A stretch of DNA of 19,518 bases, from assembly GCA_002269645.1 (NCBI GenBank), contig NIVC01005233.1, forward strand, positions 1 to 19,518. Reading direction: 5' to 3'. The position numbers were made by a program, and so were the translations under genes. Numbering within the stretch: position 1 is the first letter of the stretch; every line of letters starts with the position of its first letter. Below the pieces are notes generated by a model, which was not told the origin of the DNA, made no database searches, and saw nothing but the letters and a program-made list of their open reading frames with translations. Below are positions 17,901 to 19,518 of the stretch, one piece after another. Source of the stretch: Macrostomum lignano. Its lineage: Eukaryota.

Positions 17901-19459
17901 CCCGCTTAATCTAGGGACTGGCTATGGAGTTGCACGCTTAATCTAGAGACTGGCTATGGAGTTGCGCGCTTAATCTAGGGACTGGCTATGGAGTTGCGCG
18001 CTTAATCTAGGGTCTGGCTATGGAGTTGTGCGCTTAATCTAGGGACTGGCTATGAAGTTGTGCGCTTAATCTAGGGTCTGGCTATGGAGTTGCGCGCCTA
18101 ATCTAGAGACTGGCTATGGAGTTGCGCGCCTAATCTAGAGACTGGCTATGAAGACAGATCCAATAAGTGAGTTATGCGTTTTTAACTGAGTCTCTGACTT
18201 GTCGCATGTCCCCGCAGGTGATCTACGTCGACGTGAACGACGCCGCGCCGCCGCCATCGAATCTGCTGGACGAAGCCGAGCTGGCCGCCGCGCACACCAG
18301 GCGCAACGTGATCATCATCGTGATTCTGGCGGCCGTGTCAGCCGTGCTGGCCATCATCCTCATCATCGCTATCACGTGCGTCAATCGGCCCTGCTGCGGC
18401 ATGTACGGCCCGCCCCAGTACGCGTCTGGCCTGGGCGGACGAGGCTCCAAGCGGCCCCCGGAGACGGAGGCGGACCAGCAGTACATGGAGCAGGCGCTGC
18501 ACCTGACTGTGGCGGACGGTGACATCATGGGCGGTGCTTGGGGCGCTGGCGGCCCGACTGATCTGCACCGGCAGACTGGATCTCAGGTAAGCCTAGTGTG
18601 ACGTGATGTATTTTGGTTGCTCTCTAACAGTGACAGTGATTGTATTAGCAACGAGATCAATGGAGTATTTTGCTTAGCAACTGGAACTTTTGTGATTGTT
18701 TATCGCAGCAACAGTATAGACATACTTTTTATCGCAGTATAAATGTTTAATCTTATCAACAAAAAATTCGGAGAGAGTCATTACCTTGGCAACCAGACCT
18801 GTAGGATTTTTCTCTTAGCAACTGGAACCTGTAGGATTGTTCATCTTAACAACCACTAAAGCCTTAGCAACCGGGTCCATTAGAGTGTTTTCCTTAGCAA
18901 CCGGGTCCATTGGAGTACTTTTTTTAGCAACCGGATCTATTGGAGTGTTTTCCATAGCAACTGTGAATGGAGTGTTTTCCTTAGCAACCGGGCCATTTGA
19001 GTGTTTTCCTTAGCAACCGGGTCCATTGGAGTGTTTTCCTTAGCAACCGGGTCCATTGAATGTTTTCCTTAGCAACCGTGCCATTTGAGTGTTTTCCTTA
19101 GCAACCGGGTCCACTGGAGTGCTTTCCTTAGCAACCGGGTACATTGATGTACTTTCTTTAGCAACCAAGTCCATCGGAGTGCTTCCCTTAGCAACGAGAC
19201 GCATTCTCAAGGCAATGTTCTCCTTAGCTTGTACTGGAGACTGCTGATCACTGCATCCCGTCCTTGACAGAGCCCAATCGTGACCACATCATTCGCTTCG
19301 CCCATCCACGAGGGCTACTGCCGCGGCGACATCGGCAGCGGACGCACTCTGCCGAACCCCAGGCACCTCCAGCATCAGCAGCAGCTTCAACACGCGGTCG
19401 TAAAATCGCCGACAGCAGCCGCAGGCGCTGGCGCTGGCAAGACAGGAAAAAGTGACCAG
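5093..19459 (+). CDS. Protocadherin (7 EC repeats + TM + cytoplasmic tail; delta1-like architecture), spliced, 3'-partial; join(5093..5957,12995..13979,14466..14995,18218..18586,19271..19459) with one frameshift at ~5300
   Basis: Manual splicing gives ~979 aa once one base near 5300 is removed. It has an N-terminal hydrophobic signal (MPLSSWRELLTFAVALTTVASHSGVAA) and seven cadherin repeats ending in DxND motifs (DINDHAP, DVNDNSP, DANDNAP, DKNDNAP, DENDNSP, DVNDETP, DVNDAAP). It also has xDxE motifs (IDLE, LDAE, LDYE, FDRE, FDRE, LDRE), AxDxD motifs, C-X5-C in EC1, no Trp2 or prodomain, and a 25-aa TM helix. All junctions are GT-AG with matching phases, and the first three rebuild cadherin motifs. 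The specific orthologue cannot be assigned without a search. Confidence 0.93.
5958..12994 (+). other. Intron 1 of protocadherin (7037 nt, phase 0, within EC3)
   Basis: GTGAGT...TTGCAG; the flanking exons join into an intact cadherin repeat. Confidence 0.9.
9041..11041. repeat. 30-bp minisatellite, (GGTCCCGATTGTAGCAATCCYGGATCCTGA)n, ~66 copies, in intron 1
   Basis: Directly visible; nearly every unit contains GGATCC. Confidence 0.98.
12995..13979 (+). CDS. Protocadherin coding exon 2: rest of EC3, EC4, EC5, start of EC6
   Basis: Acceptor CATTGCAG|CTG at 12994/12995 in phase 0 rebuilds 'VIAK-LKARDKD'. Contains LDYE, DANDNAP, FDRE, DKNDNAP, AEDADEGENA, FDRE, DENDNSP. Donor G|GTAAGC at 13979/13980, phase 1. 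Confidence 0.95.
13980..14465 (+). other. Intron 2 of protocadherin (486 nt, phase 1, within EC6)
   Basis: GTAAGC...TCCAG; the join rebuilds DADVGLNG. Confidence 0.9.
14466..14995 (+). CDS. Protocadherin coding exon 3: rest of EC6 and most of EC7
   Basis: Acceptor TCCAG|GC at 14465/14466 in phase 1 rebuilds 'ASDADVGLNGQVFF', the canonical DxDxGxNG motif. Contains LDRE, DVNDETP, AVDGDEGVNG. Donor AAG|GTAAAT at 14995/14996, phase 0. Confidence 0.93.
15007..15308. repeat. 19-bp minisatellite, (CCCATTCTGAAGCTGYTGT)n, ~16 copies, at the start of intron 3
   Basis: CCC starts recur every 19 nt from 15011 to 15296; this explains the 19-aa (57-nt) periodic antisense ORFs. Confidence 0.97.
15508..15602 (+). 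promoter_or_regulatory. Candidate intronic promoter: GC/GA-box AGGGGGAGGGGGCGGGCCA (15508-15526) plus TATAAAAG (15595-15602)
   Basis: Motif matches only: an Sp/KLF-type GC box about 70 nt upstream of a consensus TATA. No transcript evidence. Confidence 0.3.
17858..18152. repeat. 32-bp minisatellite, (CTGGCTATGGAGTTGCGCGCTTAATCTAGRGA)n, ~9 copies, near the end of intron 3
   Basis: CTGGC recurs every 32 nt from 17886 to 18142. Confidence 0.97.
18218..18586 (+). CDS. Protocadherin coding exon 4: last strand of EC7, transmembrane helix (18308-18382), proximal cytoplasmic tail
   Basis: Branch-point-like CTGAC at 18194-18198 and acceptor CCCCGCAG|GTG at 18217/18218. Translation is VIYVDVNDAAP...VIIIVILAAVSAVLAIILIIAITCV-NRPCC. 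Donor CAG|GTAAGC at 18586/18587, phase 0. Confidence 0.93.
18587..19270 (+). other. Probable intron 4 (684 nt, phase 0), mostly filled by a tandem array
   Basis: GTAAGC...GACAG; depends on the exon 5 call. Confidence 0.7.
18643..19230. repeat. Degenerate ~30-bp minisatellite, consensus (CCTTAGCAACCGGGTCCATTGGAGTGTTTT)n; best conserved 18860-19195
   Basis: TAGCAAC occurs 15 times, mostly 27-30 nt apart in the core, with decayed copies at both ends. Confidence 0.93.
19271..19459 (+). CDS. Probable protocadherin coding exon 5 (cytoplasmic tail, 63 aa: SPIVTTSFASPIHEGYCRGDIGSGRTLPNPRHLQHQQQLQHAVVKSPTAAAGAGAGKTGKSDQ)
   Basis: Acceptor TCCTTGACAG| at 19270, then 189 nt open in phase 0 with GC-rich exon-like composition, then donor CAG|GTAGGG at 19459/19460. 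The phase matches the exon 4 donor. No homology check was possible. Confidence 0.72.
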
Positions 19460-19518
19460 GTAGGGTTGTTCCGAACACGGGACTTCCCAGATCTAACTGC
19501 AATCATACTGGAATCAAG

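Larger units (their letters stand above)
14996..18217 (+). other. Intron 3 of protocadherin (3222 nt, phase 0, within EC7)
   Basis: GTAAAT...CCGCAG; the join gives RSDAK-VIYVDVND. Confidence 0.9.

Noticed and set aside
19277-19300. WIRS (WAVE-binding) motif in IVTTSFAS
   Set aside because: The residue three before Phe is Thr, not the bulky hydrophobic residue required.
19322-19333. RGD tripeptide in exon 5
   Set aside because: It lies on the cytoplasmic side, so it is not accessible to integrins.

Overview
Eukaryotic (metazoan) genomic DNA. It is dominated by one intron-containing gene on the + strand: a protocadherin with a signal peptide, seven cadherin (EC) repeats, one transmembrane helix and a cytoplasmic tail that continues past the window. 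Five coding exons join in frame through GT-AG introns: 5093-5957, 12995-13979, 14466-14995, 18218-18586 and 19271-19459. The last is absent from the ORF track because it lacks a start codon. Exon 1 has a single net +1 frameshift near 5300, which could be an assembly error or a real lesion. About a quarter of the window (~5 kb) is tandem repeat: compound 15-mer (111-1300), (GTTA)n (1834-2130), 30-mer (2688-3092), 30-mer with higher-order structure (9041-11041), 19-mer (15007-15308), 32-mer (17858-18152) and a degenerate ~30-mer (18643-19230). The 2688 array lies inside a ~650-bp element bounded by 25-bp terminal inverted repeats (MITE-like). The intron-4 array repeats an RFX X-box-like motif about 15 times. 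Most ORFs in the track are repeat or antisense artefacts. GC-rich exons and minisatellite-laden introns suggest a lophotrochozoan, possibly a flatworm such as Macrostomum; this is inference only. No rRNA, tRNA or CRISPR was seen, and I found no clearly novel system, only leads.
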